Source: Desulfobulbales bacterium
GTDB lineage: Bacteria; Desulfobacterota; Desulfobulbia; Desulfobulbales; Desulfobulbaceae
Assembly (NCBI GenBank): GCA_038205495.1
Contig: JBBRBT010000003.1
Location: 26,787 to 90,786 of the forward strand
DNA: 64,000 nucleotides
Direction of reading: 5' to 3'
Of this stretch, positions 29,320 through 41,240 are shown one piece after another. How positions within the stretch are numbered: position 1 is the first letter of the stretch; each line of letters opens with the position of its first letter. The notes under the pieces were generated by a model that was given only the letters and a program-made list of their open reading frames with translations, ran no database searches and had not been told where the DNA came from. The position numbers and the translations under genes are program-made.

Positions 29320-31053
29320 CTACTTGTTTGTATCTTCACCAGCCGCAGCTTTCAACAGGTCGCCAAAGGTGGAGGGGCCGGCACTTTGCGCTTTTTGGAT
29401 ATACTCTTCCGGTACCGCGCCGTTATTGTCGTCCTTCTCCTGCAATGCTTTTACAGAAAGGCCAATTTTCCGATCATCGGCGGAGACGTTAATAACCATG
29501 GCTTTCAGCATGTCATTGACATTGAAAAGCCCCACAGGAGTCTTAACCTTCTCTCTTGAGATTTCAGAAACATGCACCAAACCTTCAATACCCTCTTCCA
29601 GCTGGACAAAAACACCGAAATCAGTGACGTTGGTTATGGTACCCTCAACGGTTGAGCCAATAGGGTAGTTACTGGCGGCAGCCTGCCAAGGATCCGGCTC
29701 CAACTGTTTGACGCCCAGGGAAAATCGTTCGTTTTCCTTGTCGATCTTAAGAACGACAGCCTGGATAGTCTCACCTTTGGCGTATTTCTCCGAAGGATGT
29801 TTGATCCGCTCTGTCCAGGAAAGATCGGAAACATGGATCAGACCGTCAATGCCCTCTTCGATGCCGATAAAAATACCAAAATCAGTGATATTCTTAATTT
29901 TCCCTTCAATGACCGAGCCAACCGGATAGCTTTCTTCCACCACATCCCAAGGATTGGGCTGCATCTGTTTCATGCCCAAAGAGATACGTTTGGTTTCTGC
30001 TTCGACCTTGAGCACCTGGACCTCGATCTCCTCGCCAACCCCGACGATTTTGGAAGGATGACGCGGTTTTTTCGACCAGCTCATCTCGGAGATATGGACC
30101 AAACCTTCAACGCCCTCTTCCAACTCGACAAAGACACCGTAATCGGTGATAGAGACGACCTTGCCCTTGACCCGTGAGCCCGGTGCATATTGCTCAGGAA
30201 CGCGCTCCCAAGGATCAGTTTTAAGCTGCTTGACACCCAGGGAGACCCGATCGGAATTCTTATCGTATTTGAGAATTTTGACCTCGATTTCCTCACCAAC
30301 GGTGTACAGCTTGGAGGGATGTGAAACCCGTCCCCAGGAAAGATCGGTGATATGGCACAGCCCGTCCATACCGCCCAGGTCGATGAACAAACCGTAGTCG
30401 GTAATATTGGTGATGGCACCGCGGATGGTCTGGCCCTCTTCGAGGGAGGTCCGCATCTGCTCGCGCAGGGCGGTCCGCTGATTTTCCAGAATCGCCCGTC
30501 GCGATATAACCACATTGTTGCGTTTACGGTTAAATTTGAGAATCTTAAACTCAAAAGTTTGACCGATAAGCCCGTCCAGATCCTTGACCGGACGAAGATC
30601 GATCTGGGAGTAGGGAAGAAACGCCGGCACGCCAATATCAACGGACATACCACCCTTCACCCGGTTATCAATACGGCCCTCAATATTCCCGTCTTCTTCC
30701 TGAATCGTGGCAATCTGTTCCCAGACTTTGATAGCAATGGCTTTTTCACGGGATAGTAGCAGACCACCTTCATCTTTTCTCTTCTCGATGAATACTTCGA
30801 ACTGGTCGCCAATCTTGATTTCCCGGTCAGGGTCTTCAGCGCGGAATTCGGCCAGCGGAATATAACTTTCCGCTTTGTCGCCGACATCGATCAATACGGC
30901 GTCACTGCTCAGACCAACGACGGTACCGAGTGCAACTTCGCCAACATTGATAACGGTGTTGTTATCTTCTTGTTCAAACAATTCAGCAAAGCTCATTTCT
31001 TCAAAGCTGTTGTCATCTGCCGCAAATGCGGGTTGAGTTCCGTTATTTGTCAT
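29320..31053 (-). CDS. rpsA: 30S ribosomal protein S1
   Basis: Six S1 repeats (NITDYGLFIDLGG.DGL.H, DYGVFVELEEGVEGLVHISE, etc.). Confidence 0.97.
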   Translation of the reverse strand: MTNNGTQPAFAADDNSFEEMSFAELFEQEDNNTVINVGEVALGTVVGLSSDAVLIDVGDKAESYIPLAEFRAEDPDREIKIGDQFEVFIEKRKDEGGLLLSREKAIAIKVWEQIATIQEEDGNIEGRIDNRVKGGMSVDIGVPAFLPYSQIDLRPVKDLDGLIGQTFEFKILKFNRKRNNVVISRRAILENQRTALREQMRTSLEEGQTIRGAITNITDYGLFIDLGGMDGLCHITDLSWGRVSHPSKLYTVGEEIEVKILKYDKNSDRVSLGVKQLKTDPWERVPEQYAPGSRVKGKVVSITDYGVFVELEEGVEGLVHISEMSWSKKPRHPSKIVGVGEEIEVQVLKVEAETKRISLGMKQMQPNPWDVVEESYPVGSVIEGKIKNITDFGIFIGIEEGIDGLIHVSDLSWTERIKHPSEKYAKGETIQAVVLKIDKENERFSLGVKQLEPDPWQAAASNYPIGSTVEGTITNVTDFGVFVQLEEGIEGLVHVSEISREKVKTPVGLFNVNDMLKAMVINVSADDRKIGLSVKALQEKDDNNGAVPEEYIQKAQSAGPSTFGDLLKAAAGEDTNK

Positions 31054-31374
31054 GGATTGTTCCTGTGATGGCCGTTGTCAGGCCTTTGATAAGTGGTTGA
31101 TGACGGACAAGAAGCATTCCCTACCCCGCCCGGTTCAGTGAGCGCTGATATTTACCAGAGTTGTTTTTGAAAAACAACTGTTTCCTCTTGAAAAAAGGTA
31201 TTTCTTTGCCATCGCAGGAATTTTTCCGGGCACCCCAGCCACCCTCCTTTACCCATGGTGGCAGAGTCTGGCCCTCATCCATCTCCCTTGCAGGACAGAT
31301 CGGACGAACAGTGCTCAGGGCCAGAACTTGACGGTGACGGGAGAGGTGATGCGATGCGTTGCGACGGCAGGTAC

Positions 31375-32058
31375 TCAGCGTTTTCCGTAGGCGCCGAGTT
31401 CTTCCAGGAAAGGCCCGAACAACTCTTCATAGGCCGGAATCGATTTGCGCAAGATGATGTCGAGGTGGGGCAGATCACCCGTATTGACGGTGAGATTGGC
31501 ACTACAGGCTAAGGCTTCCAGGTTATAGAGGGTGTGTAACGTGTCGCCGATGAGAATGTAAAAGATGTAGCGCCTGCGATCCATTGCCAAGTTTCGCATG
31601 TAGGCATGAAAGGTTGACTGTTCAAGCGTGCCTTCCACAATTTCTTGAAAAGCAACACAGGAAAAATTGACAAAACGCATGCGTTCCAGGGCATCACCAA
31701 CGGTATCGGCCATGAACACCTGATACCCGACAGCCTCCAGGGCCTCTCCGATGCTCCTCCGCTGACCATCGGGTTTGGCGAGAACAAGGGCCATGGGCAC
31801 ATCTTCGACCTTTTCTTCCCCCTGGTAAAGACCAGAGGTGAGCCATTCAAGATTCGGCGGAGGAGGCGGCAAAACCTGGCAGGCTGAGCTTTGCGGTGGA
31901 AATCCGGATGCGTCCAGAGTGATCGCACTGCGACAGATCGGACATTTGAGTGTCAGCAACTTGCCCGGAGTAAGTTGTGAAAGGGCCTGTTCCAATCGGC
32001 TGATCTGTTCATCGGTGAATTGAAGAGACCGCTGGCAAAAAGGGCAATGGGTCAGCAT
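31375..32058 (-). CDS. Zinc-ribbon protein with degenerate receiver-like domain
   Basis: CPFC...CPIC pairs, then 'LEAVGYQVFMADTVGDALERMR' receiver-like fold without clear phosphoacceptor motifs. Confidence 0.6.
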   Translation of the reverse strand: MLTHCPFCQRSLQFTDEQISRLEQALSQLTPGKLLTLKCPICRSAITLDASGFPPQSSACQVLPPPPPNLEWLTSGLYQGEEKVEDVPMALVLAKPDGQRRSIGEALEAVGYQVFMADTVGDALERMRFVNFSCVAFQEIVEGTLEQSTFHAYMRNLAMDRRRYIFYILIGDTLHTLYNLEALACSANLTVNTGDLPHLDIILRKSIPAYEELFGPFLEELGAYGKR

Positions 32059-32192
32059 GGCTGTTCCTTATACAATAACATCGGGATCGTGAAAAAGGCC
32101 CTTAACGGGTCTCAAGAACAAGAATTCTGCCTGTCGCCAGAATGGGAGTCGAGGCCGTCTGAGCTGTGGTAATCTGCACCGCAGGGCTGTAT

Positions 32193-33368
32193 TCATAACC
32201 GGCGCAGGTAGGGATCTTCTTCCTCCTCCATGCGCAAATCGTCAATGGATGAGGTACTTTCACCGCGGGAGGATTTGATCGTATCAAGCCCCCGTTTAAT
32301 TTCACTGCGGTGGGAAGAGTACAAAATTGCAGACTCTTCAGTGATAAGCCCTGTCTCAAAGAGTTCCAGAAGATGCTGATCAAAGGTCCGCATATCCCTG
32401 GCTGAGCCGCCCCGAACGACATTGTAAAAAGTCTTTTCTTCGGTTTCTCCATTAATGATCAGATCTTTGACCCGAAGACTGGTGCAGAGAATTTCCAAGG
32501 CAGCAATACGACCGCTCCCGATCCGCGGCAGCAGGCGTTGACTGACAATCCAACGAATGGTATCGGCTAGCCGATTGCGAATCTGCGGCTGCTCGTCCGT
32601 CTCAAACATGCCGAGAATACGATTGATGGTTTGTCCGGTATCGATGGTATGCAGGGTGGAAAAAACCACATGACCGGTTTCCGCAGCGGTCAGGGCAATT
32701 TCCAAGGTTTCCCGGTCACGGATCTCGCCGACAAGAATGACCTTGGGGGCTTGGCGCAGGGCGGCACGGAGGCCGCTGGCAAAGGTGTCGAAGTCGTCCC
32801 CCATCTCCCGTTGATTAAAGGTTGATTTCTTATGGGGATGCACATACTCGATCGGATCTTCCAGGGTAACGATATGCACCTGGCGTTCTTCATTAATCCG
32901 GTTCAAAATGGCCGCCATGGAGGTCGTTTTTCCCGTACCGGTGGCCCCGGTGAAGAGAATGAGCCCATTGACTTCTCGCGCCATTTTTACAAAGGCCTCG
33001 GGAAATTGAAACCCCTTGATCGACGGAATGGTGGTTTCGAGTTTTCGCAGCACCGAGGTGTAATAGCCTTTTTGCGAAAAAATATTGACCCTGAATCGGG
33101 TCTTTTCATCCGGAGAATAGGAGAGATCGCAGGAACCCTTGGTGACCAGATCACGAATCAGACGGCGGTTGCCGCCAATCAGGTTCAAAGCGAACACTTC
33201 CGTCTGGAAAGGAGTCAGCTGCGTCACTGGAGGCAAAACATCCACCGGCACCAGCACACCATCACTCTCCACCTGCAAGGTCTTGCCCACAGTGACATTG
33301 AGGTCGGAAACCCGCTCATGCTTTTGCAGCATGGCGGCGATCCAGTAGTTAATCTCCGGTTGTTTCAT
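32193..33368 (-). CDS. PilT/PilU-family type IV pilus retraction ATPase
   Basis: RFRVNIF, GATGTGKTT, TLEDPIE, LRQAPKVILVGEIRD and AETGHVVFSTLHT motifs. Confidence 0.9.
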   Translation of the reverse strand: MKQPEINYWIAAMLQKHERVSDLNVTVGKTLQVESDGVLVPVDVLPPVTQLTPFQTEVFALNLIGGNRRLIRDLVTKGSCDLSYSPDEKTRFRVNIFSQKGYYTSVLRKLETTIPSIKGFQFPEAFVKMAREVNGLILFTGATGTGKTTSMAAILNRINEERQVHIVTLEDPIEYVHPHKKSTFNQREMGDDFDTFASGLRAALRQAPKVILVGEIRDRETLEIALTAAETGHVVFSTLHTIDTGQTINRILGMFETDEQPQIRNRLADTIRWIVSQRLLPRIGSGRIAALEILCTSLRVKDLIINGETEEKTFYNVVRGGSARDMRTFDQHLLELFETGLITEESAILYSSHRSEIKRGLDTIKSSRGESTSSIDDLRMEEEEDPYLRRL

Positions 33369-33473
33369 AGTGCGCACCAGTATAGAATTGACAAGTGGTA
33401 TCTCTTTGGGTTCTATCGCTAACGAGCGGCAAAAGACAAGAAAAAAATAAAACAGTGATTTGAGGAGAGCAAA

Positions 33474-35303
33474 ATGGCTAATCCATTGCGGAGCGCAGCA
33501 ACAACAGAAGGCAGAAGAATGGCGGGTGCCCGTGCTCTGTGGCGGGCAAACGGTATGCGGGAGGAACAGATGGGCAAACCCGTGATTGCCGTGGTCAATT
33601 CGTTCACCCAGTTCGTACCCGGCCATGTCCATCTGCACGAGATCGGCCAGAGGGTGAAGCAAAAAATCGAAAGCCTGGGATGCTTCGCGGCCGAATTCAA
33701 TACCATCGCCATCGACGACGGTATTGCCATGGGCCATGACGGCATGCTCTACTCCCTACCCTCGCGCGAGCTGATTGCCGACTCAGTCGAATATATGTGT
33801 AACGCCCACAAGGCGGATGCCATGGTCTGCATCTCAAACTGCGACAAGATCACCCCAGGCATGCTGATGGCCGCGATGCGACTCAACATTCCAGCAATCT
33901 TTGTCTCCGGCGGGCCGATGGAGGCCGGTCGGGTCGGGGAAAAGGCTCTGGACCTGGTAGATGCCATGGTCATGGCCGGGGACAGCGAGGTCACCGATGA
34001 CGAGATTGCCATCGTCGAACGTTCCGCTTGTCCGACCTGCGGCTCGTGTTCCGGCATGTTCACCGCCAACTCGATGAATTGCCTCAACGAAGCCCTCGGC
34101 CTGGCCCTGCCGGGCAACGGCACGGTGGTCGCCACTCACCACGCCCGACTGGCACTTTTTGACCAGGCGGCGGAGCGGATTGTTGCCATGTGCCAGGCCT
34201 GGTATGATCAAGGCGACCACACGGTTCTGCCCCGATCGATTGCCACCCGCGCGTCCTTCGACAATGCCATGGCCCTGGATATCGCCATGGGCGGCTCGAC
34301 CAATACCGTGCTCCACATCCTGGCCATTGCCTATGAAGCCGGCGTCGATTTCACGATGAAGGATATTGATGTCCTGTCCCGCAAAGTCCCCAATCTCTGC
34401 AAGGTGGCCCCCAGCTCCCCGTATCATGTCGAGGATGTCAACCGGGCTGGCGGCATTCTCGCTATTCTTGCCGAACTCGATCGGGCGGGCCTGCTCGATA
34501 CCACCGTGCCCCGAGCGGACGGGCACACTCTCGGTCAAATACTTGCACAATACGATATTATGCAGCCAGGGGTCAGTGACGCAGCAAAAACGCTGTACCG
34601 CAGCGCACCCGGTGGCGGACGCAACCTGGTGATGGGCTCCCAGAACACCTTGTACACGGAACTGGATACCGACCGGCGGTCAGGCTGTATTCGCGACATT
34701 GAACATGCCTATTCCCGAGATGGCGGCCTGGCCATTCTCTACGGCAACATCGCAGAACAAGGCTGTATTGTTAAAACTGCTGGCGTGGACCCTTCCATCC
34801 TGCATTTTACTGGCACCGCCAAGGTATACCCTTCCCAGGATTCCGCCTGCGAGGGGATTCTCGGCGGGAACGTCCAGGCAGGGGATGTTGTTTTTATCTT
34901 ATACGAGGGACCCAAGGGCGGACCAGGAATGCAGGAGATGCTCTACCCCACCTCGTATCTCAAGTCCCGGCATTTGGGGGCCGCCTGTGCCCTAGTGACC
35001 GACGGTCGCTTTTCCGGCGGCACCTCAGGACTCTCCATCGGCCATGTTTCACCTGAAGCCGCCCGTGGTGGCGCCATCGCCCTGGTGCAAAATGGCGACC
35101 GGATCGACATCAACATTCCGGAACGTTCCATTTCCCTGCTGGTCAGCAAAGAGGAGTTAGCGGCACGACGCAGCCGAGAAGAGGCAAAAGGCCCCCTGGC
35201 TTTTGCCCCAGAGAGAGAACGTTTCGTTTCCAAAGCCCTACAGGTCTATGCCCGGTTTGCCGCTTCTGCCGATAAAGGTGCGGTACGGCTTCTCGACGAG
35301 TAA
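33474..35303 (+). CDS. ilvD: Dihydroxy-acid dehydratase
   Basis: [29 protein letters not shown] and TDGRFSGG motifs. Confidence 0.97.
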   Translation: MANPLRSAATTEGRRMAGARALWRANGMREEQMGKPVIAVVNSFTQFVPGHVHLHEIGQRVKQKIESLGCFAAEFNTIAIDDGIAMGHDGMLYSLPSRELIADSVEYMCNAHKADAMVCISNCDKITPGMLMAAMRLNIPAIFVSGGPMEAGRVGEKALDLVDAMVMAGDSEVTDDEIAIVERSACPTCGSCSGMFTANSMNCLNEALGLALPGNGTVVATHHARLALFDQAAERIVAMCQAWYDQGDHTVLPRSIATRASFDNAMALDIAMGGSTNTVLHILAIAYEAGVDFTMKDIDVLSRKVPNLCKVAPSSPYHVEDVNRAGGILAILAELDRAGLLDTTVPRADGHTLGQILAQYDIMQPGVSDAAKTLYRSAPGGGRNLVMGSQNTLYTELDTDRRSGCIRDIEHAYSRDGGLAILYGNIAEQGCIVKTAGVDPSILHFTGTAKVYPSQDSACEGILGGNVQAGDVVFILYEGPKGGPGMQEMLYPTSYLKSRHLGAACALVTDGRFSGGTSGLSIGHVSPEAARGGAIALVQNGDRIDINIPERSISLLVSKEELAARRSREEAKGPLAFAPERERFVSKALQVYARFAASADKGAVRLLDE

Positions 35304-35502
35304 ACATTCCCCAAACAAAAGGAGGATGGCTCAGTGCGCACGGGGAGCCGGAGCGGGGGGGGGGCGAGACAGATGGCTAAAATTCAGAACGTGTGGCGTG
35401 AGGGGATAAAGCAGGGAAAGACGCAAGGCGGTTAGAACGCGGCTGTTGCACGCAGCCCCGGCGCAGAAATCAAACTCGCTTCTGAGCGGGTTGTCCTCCT
35501 GA

Positions 35503-35551
35503 AACCACGTACGACACAACCGCGAAATCACCAGGCGTGTCGTACGTGGTT
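35503..35551. terminator. Perfect 15-bp inverted repeat between convergent ilvD and csp
   Basis: aaccacgtacgacac / gtgtcgtacgtggtt, followed by atcatttttt. Confidence 0.6.
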
Positions 35552-35566
35552 ATCATTTTTTGCGCC

Positions 35567-35767
35567 TTACAGCTTGACGACATTTTCCGCAGCAGGCCCT
35601 TTGGCCCCGCTGACTACGTCGAACTTGACACGTTCGCCTTCTTTGAGAGATTTGAAACCTTGACCTTGAATAGCGGAATGATGGACGAAGACGTCCTTAC
35701 CACCATCTTGCTGGATAAAGCCGAATCCCTTAGAATCATTAAACCATTTTACCGTTCCCTCTGCCAT
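35567..35767 (-). CDS. Cold-shock protein
   Basis: [27 protein letters not shown] motifs (RNP1/RNP2). GGAGG RBS. Confidence 0.95.
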   Translation of the reverse strand: MAEGTVKWFNDSKGFGFIQQDGGKDVFVHHSAIQGQGFKSLKEGERVKFDVVSGAKGPAAENVVKL

Positions 35768-36552
35768 TGCCCTTCCTCCTTGTGTCATAAGACCTACAAG
35801 CTGACCCTGTGGGGGTCTTTTTTGAATGGGGGTTATACTTCTGATACCTTTTCAGTGACCGCTTGCGCTGACAACTGGAATACTATCGTTGGGTAAAACC
35901 CGATAAAACAAAATCAAATGCCGCTGACCGGCTCCCTTGGGCTGTACTTTTCGTTGTGTATAGCTTTCATCTTGCTCGCTCATTATAAAAGGCCCTTCCC
36001 TGCCGGAGAATGCTCAGGCACAGAGGATGCGCCGTCATTCCAAGAGATCTCCAGAGTGCTGTCGCCATGCTCTTCCGGTTACGATACTGCCCGGAACAAG
36101 CTCCGGGCTGGCAGGAAAATTTGTCGAGGAGCACATACTGCGGCGAGGATACTGTGGAAAGATGAAAGAGCGGCATGAATGGTTGCAGGCTGGTGCGGCG
36201 TGAGGTGCAGGAAAAGAAAATACAGCAAGGGAGTCCTGCCGGTTTTCATACTGATAGCGTTTCTGGCAACGATGGCACGGCTGTCGTTTTTCATTCAGCT
36301 GTGTCGCTCGGCAGAAGCAGGAGGGTGATTGCAAAAAGAGGACGTTCGGCAGAGGTGGTGCAAGAAAGTAACGAAGATTGAATGAGTAGCACGGGCTTTT
36401 GAGCTGTTCCGCCTTAACAAGGAAGGTGACGTCCAACAACGAATTAAATTTTTATGTACTGCAAAATATCTTGAAATGCCAGACATTTTTTCACCCCCTC
36501 GGGGGTTTCCCTTCATCGTCTCAAAACCTATTAGGGTGAATATTTCAGGAGA

Positions 36553-37428
36553 TTACTCCGCCTTCTTGAGAAGAGGGTGCCCCATCGCCTCTCGCTGCTC
36601 AACATAGTGTTGGGCAACTTGCCGGGCAATATTGCGTATCCTACCGATATACCGCGTACGTTCGGCCACACTGATGGCCTTTCTTGCATCGAGCAGATTA
36701 AAGGTGTGGGAACACTTCAAACAATAGTCATAGCCCGGAAGAATCAGATTTTTCTCGACGAGTTTCAGCGCTTCCCGCTCATAATTATCGAAGGCCTGGG
36801 TCAGATCGCTGACATTGGCTTCCTCGAAGTTGAACGCAGAGAACTCCTTTTCTGCCTGATGAAAGATCTGCCCATAGGAAACATCTTTATTCCAGGCAAT
36901 GTCATAGACGGAATCCACCTTTTGCAGGTACATGGCGATCCGTTCCAGCCCGTAGGTGATTTCCACCGTAATGGGCTTGAGGTCTATGGAACCTGCCTGC
37001 TGAAAGTAAGTGAACTGGGTAATTTCCATACCATCGAGCCAGACCTCCCAGCCCAGACCCCAGGCACCCAGTGTTGGCGATTCCCAATCATCCTCGACAA
37101 AACGGATATCGTGCTCCAGCAGATTGAGACCAAATTTTTCCAGGCTTTCAAGATACATGGCCTGCACATCTTTCGGAGACGGTTTAATCACGACCTGAAA
37201 CTGATAATAGTGCTGCAGGCGGTTAGGATTCTCGCCATAGCGCCCATCGGTGGGGCGGCGCGACGGCTGCACGTAGGCCGCTTTCCAAGGCTCCGGCCCC
37301 AGGGCGCGCAACAGGGTCGCGGGATGAAAGGTGCCGGCTCCGACTTCCATATCATACGGCTGCAAGACGACGCAGCCCGCAGAGGCCCAATAGCTGTTCA
37401 ATGTGGCGATGATATCTTGAAAATACAT
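36553..37428 (-). CDS. glyQ: Glycine--tRNA ligase alpha subunit
   Basis: [29 protein letters not shown] and EITYGLER motifs. Confidence 0.97.
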   Translation of the reverse strand: MYFQDIIATLNSYWASAGCVVLQPYDMEVGAGTFHPATLLRALGPEPWKAAYVQPSRRPTDGRYGENPNRLQHYYQFQVVIKPSPKDVQAMYLESLEKFGLNLLEHDIRFVEDDWESPTLGAWGLGWEVWLDGMEITQFTYFQQAGSIDLKPITVEITYGLERIAMYLQKVDSVYDIAWNKDVSYGQIFHQAEKEFSAFNFEEANVSDLTQAFDNYEREALKLVEKNLILPGYDYCLKCSHTFNLLDARKAISVAERTRYIGRIRNIARQVAQHYVEQREAMGHPLLKKAE

Positions 37429-37664
37429 AGCGGAATATTTGCGGTATTGATTGTTGACAGATCGTGGCTACAATAATGCCTCAATCTACCATAGGCGCAT
37501 GTTATGGTAAATGAAATTGTCTCACCGCCCTTTTAACAAAATATCAAACCGGAATGCGACTGCACGGTCTTCTCGAGTATGCACCATGCGGCCAGCGCGC
37601 CCCTCTTCATCAGGTTGCAGCCTGAAAAGACCACCCCTTGCCGTTTCGTTCAGAGAAAAAAGTT

Positions 37665-40502
37665 ATGGAGCCTCAATACCTGCGCATCCGTGGTGCACGC
37701 ATGCACAATCTCAAAAATATCTCCGTCGATCTGCCCCGCAATAAACTGATCGTGTTCACCGGGCTTTCCGGATCGGGCAAATCAACCCTGGCCTTTGACA
37801 CCCTCTACGCTGAAGGGCAACGGCGATACGTGGAATCACTTTCCACCTATGCGCGGCAGTTCCTGGGACAGATGGACAAGCCCGATGTGGATTTGCTGGA
37901 AGGCCTCTCGCCGGCGGTCTCCATTGAGCAAAAAACCACCAGCAGGAACCCGCGATCTACTGTGGGCACGGTTACCGAAATTTATGACCACCTCCGGTTG
38001 CTCTTCGCCAGGGCCGGTCAACCGTATTGCCCGCAGTGCAATCAACCGATTCGGTCGCAATCCGTGCACGACATGCTTGACAGCCTGCTCTCGCGGCAGG
38101 AAGGCGAAAAGGTGCTCCTCCTGGCGCCGCTGATCAAACAAAAAAAAGGCCAGCATGAGCAGGTCTTTCTCCGTCTACGCAAGGAAGGGTTTGTACGCGT
38201 CCGGGTAGACGGGGAAATACGGCAGCTCAGCGAGGACCTCGTTCTTGACAAGAACAAGCACCACTATATCGAGGCGGTGGTGGACCGGCTGGTGCTCAAA
38301 GCCGCCGTGCGCCGACGGCTGGATGAATCGGTCAGCACCGCCGTGGCCCTCGGTGCGGGGACGATGATCGCTGTTTTTCCCGACAGCGGCGAGGAACTCC
38401 TGTTTAGCGAATCAGCGGCCTGCCATCAGTGCGGCATCTCCGTGCCCGAGCTTTCCACCCAGTTGTTTTCCTTCAACAACCCGCAAGGGGCCTGCCCCTC
38501 CTGCGGCGGCTTGGGCGTCAACCAGTTCATCGACGAAAAATTGATTGTTCCCGACGAGTCCCTGAGCCTGCTGGACGGCGCCATCGCACCCTGGAGCCGC
38601 AGGCGATTGTCGACGCTGGCCGGCCAATGGCTCGAGGCCTTCTCTCTCCACTATGGTTTTGACCTGAACACCCCGTTTGCGGAATTGCCCGCCAAGGTCA
38701 AAAAAGCGTTGTTCCACGGCACCGGCCGGGAAAAAATGGAGTTTGTGCACAGTAAAGGACGGCGTAAACTGGCCTCACAGATTGCCTTCGAAGGTATTGT
38801 GCCCCGCTTGAACCGGCTCTTCCGCGAGACCTCTTCCTCCCGGTTGCGCGAAGACGTTGAAGCCTTCATGAACGAGCAATCCTGCCCGAGCTGTCAGGGC
38901 GCACGCCTCAAACCCGAAGCCCTGGCGGTCCGGATCGGCTCCTGGTCGATCATTGACCTCACCCGAATGGCCATCGAACAGTTGATCAAAGAGCTCGAGA
39001 CCATCGATTTCAGCCAACGGCAGACCGTGATCGCCCGCCCCATCCTCAAGGAAATCCGCGAACGGCTTTTTTTCCTGCAGGGAGTCGGTCTGGGCTACCT
39101 CTCGCTGGAGCGGAAAGCGGGCACCCTCTCCGGTGGCGAGGCCCAGCGCATCCGCCTGGCCTCCCAGATCGGCTCCGGCCTGGCCGGGGTTCTCTACATC
39201 CTCGATGAACCGAGCATCGGCCTGCATCAGCGCGACAACAACAAACTGATCAAGACCCTGGTCAACCTGCGGGATCTGGGCAACACGGTGATTGTGGTTG
39301 AGCACGACTCCGACACCATCGCCAATGCCGACCATGTCTTGGATATCGGCCCGGGTGCGGGTGTCCATGGCGGCGAAATCCTCTATTCCGGCCCGGTTGC
39401 CGGTTTGCTGGACTGCGAACTCTCGCAGACCGGCGGCTATCTCTCGGGCCGCCTTAAGATTGCAGTTCCGGAAAAACGTCGCCCCATCCGTCCCGGCCCT
39501 GCCCATGCGGTGCAGGTTCATGGCGCCTGCGCCAACAATCTGCAACAGGTCTCGGTCCGTTTCCCCCTGGGCGTAATGACCTGCGTCACCGGGGTCTCCG
39601 GGTCTGGCAAGAGCTCGCTGGTCATCGAGACCCTGTTCCATGAAGCGCAGCGCTATTTTACCGATCAACGGGATTACCAGCTGGGGGACAAACACCTCTC
39701 CGGCCTGGAAAACCTGGACAAGGTGATCGATATCGATCAGAGCCCGATCGGCCGAACACCCCGATCCAACCCTGCAACCTACACCGGGGTGATGACACCG
39801 GTACGCGAGCTGCTCTCCCGCCTGCCCGAATCCAGGGTCCGCGGCTACAAGCCCGGCCGTTTCAGTTTCAATATCAAGGGCGGACGCTGCGAAACCTGCG
39901 AGGGGGATGGCCTTATCCGCATTGCCATGCACTTCCTCCCCGATATCTACGTGACCTGTGAACGGTGCCAAGGCAAACGGTACAATGAGGAAACCCTCGA
40001 TATCCGCTACAAAGGAAAAAATATCGCCGAAATCCTCGCCATGACCGTCGAGGAGGCCCTGGAGTTTTTTCAAAATGTGCCGCCGCTCTCCAACAGGCTG
40101 CAAACCATCGTTGATGTCGGCCTAGGCTATATTACCTTGGGGCAATCCTCGGTGACCCTGTCGGGCGGCGAGGCGCAGCGGGTTAAACTGGCCAAGGAAC
40201 TGAGTCGGCGTTCGACCGGCAAGACCCTCTACATCCTCGATGAACCTACCACCGGGCTCCATCCGGCCGACATTCAGCATCTCTTGCGGGTCCTGGGCAG
40301 GCTGGTTGACGGCGGCAATACGGTGGTGGTGATTGAGCACAACCTCGATGTCATCAAAACAGCGGATTATGTGATTGATATCGGCCCGGAAGGCGGCAAC
40401 GGCGGTGGCCAGATCATCGCCACCGGCACACCGGAAGAGATCGCCCTCCAGCCCGGCTCCTACACCGGCATATTTTTGAAGCAGTTCCTCAATGACGACT
40501 GA
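37665..40502 (+). CDS. uvrA: Excinuclease ABC subunit A
   Basis: GARMHNLK, two ABC cassettes ([24 protein letters not shown]), zinc fingers. Confidence 0.97.
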   Translation: MEPQYLRIRGARMHNLKNISVDLPRNKLIVFTGLSGSGKSTLAFDTLYAEGQRRYVESLSTYARQFLGQMDKPDVDLLEGLSPAVSIEQKTTSRNPRSTVGTVTEIYDHLRLLFARAGQPYCPQCNQPIRSQSVHDMLDSLLSRQEGEKVLLLAPLIKQKKGQHEQVFLRLRKEGFVRVRVDGEIRQLSEDLVLDKNKHHYIEAVVDRLVLKAAVRRRLDESVSTAVALGAGTMIAVFPDSGEELLFSESAACHQCGISVPELSTQLFSFNNPQGACPSCGGLGVNQFIDEKLIVPDESLSLLDGAIAPWSRRRLSTLAGQWLEAFSLHYGFDLNTPFAELPAKVKKALFHGTGREKMEFVHSKGRRKLASQIAFEGIVPRLNRLFRETSSSRLREDVEAFMNEQSCPSCQGARLKPEALAVRIGSWSIIDLTRMAIEQLIKELETIDFSQRQTVIARPILKEIRERLFFLQGVGLGYLSLERKAGTLSGGEAQRIRLASQIGSGLAGVLYILDEPSIGLHQRDNNKLIKTLVNLRDLGNTVIVVEHDSDTIANADHVLDIGPGAGVHGGEILYSGPVAGLLDCELSQTGGYLSGRLKIAVPEKRRPIRPGPAHAVQVHGACANNLQQVSVRFPLGVMTCVTGVSGSGKSSLVIETLFHEAQRYFTDQRDYQLGDKHLSGLENLDKVIDIDQSPIGRTPRSNPATYTGVMTPVRELLSRLPESRVRGYKPGRFSFNIKGGRCETCEGDGLIRIAMHFLPDIYVTCERCQGKRYNEETLDIRYKGKNIAEILAMTVEEALEFFQNVPPLSNRLQTIVDVGLGYITLGQSSVTLSGGEAQRVKLAKELSRRSTGKTLYILDEPTTGLHPADIQHLLRVLGRLVDGGNTVVVIEHNLDVIKTADYVIDIGPEGGNGGGQIIATGTPEEIALQPGSYTGIFLKQFLNDD

Positions 40503-40620
40503 GTCGTTTTTGATTTTCCTTCGAGAATTTCCCTGTTAAGGTGCGCCTCGCTGAATATACCTGCCGGAGCCTGTCCAAGGTTTCCGGCTTTTAACTACTC
40601 CTCTTTTGGAAGGATGAAAC

Positions 40621-41094
40621 ATGACCGATCAAGCAACAGACCAAACAAGCCAGCCTGATATCCCGGTTTTTCGCATGCAGAAGATGTTCATCAAGGATTT
40701 TTCCTTTGAAAGTCCCAATGCCCCCAAAGTGTTTCTGGTAAGAAATCAGGATCCCAAGGTGGATTTCAATCTGCAGCTGAAGAACAGCAAGCTTGACGAC
40801 GACCATGCCGAGGTATCAATCGCAATCACAGCGAAAATACTCGATAAGAACAACGAAGATTCCGTCATGTTCATCATCGAGATCGAGCATGCCGCAGTGT
40901 TTCTGATGAAAAATATCCCCGAGGAACATCATGCCCGGGTGCTGGCGGTTGACTGCCCCTTGATGCTCTTTCCCTTTACCCGGCAGATCGTCTGTCAGAT
41001 GGCGGTGGATGGCGGATTTATGCCGTTTTTGATGGAGCCGATCAATTTCATCGCGCTCTATGATAACGCCCAACGTACCGAGAAAGACTCCTGA
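40621..41094 (+). CDS. secB: Protein-export chaperone SecB
   Basis: 'QKMFIKDFSFESPNAP', 'CPLMLFPFTR' and 'GGFMP..MEPINF.ALY' SecB signature. Confidence 0.88.
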   Translation: MTDQATDQTSQPDIPVFRMQKMFIKDFSFESPNAPKVFLVRNQDPKVDFNLQLKNSKLDDDHAEVSIAITAKILDKNNEDSVMFIIEIEHAAVFLMKNIPEEHHARVLAVDCPLMLFPFTRQIVCQMAVDGGFMPFLMEPINFIALYDNAQRTEKDS

Positions 41095-41158
41095 GCAGGA
41101 ATTGTTGCGATGAAAAGTCTGTAGAGGTAGGGGATAGAGGGGAAGCACAATAGAGAGA

Positions 41159-41204
41159 GGTTCCCAACCCGCCCCTGGATGTACAAACGGGCAGATTGGG
41201 AACC
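41159..41204. terminator. Hairpin between convergent secB and fabB
   Basis: ggttcccaa..gccc..gggc..ttgggaacc inverted repeat. Confidence 0.45.
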
Positions 41205-41240
41205 CATCCCCTGAATCACGTCTTCACCGGGGTACCGGCA

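Noticed and set aside
29400-30900. Internal sequence repeats in rpsA
   Set aside because: Ordinary S1 domain repeats, not a CRISPR or mobile repeat.
32193-33737. Extended N-termini in the ORF track for pilT, guaA, guaB, ygjV, dac, RND MFP and others
   Set aside because: The extensions overlap other genes or promoters. Downstream ATGs with an RBS match where the family homology begins.
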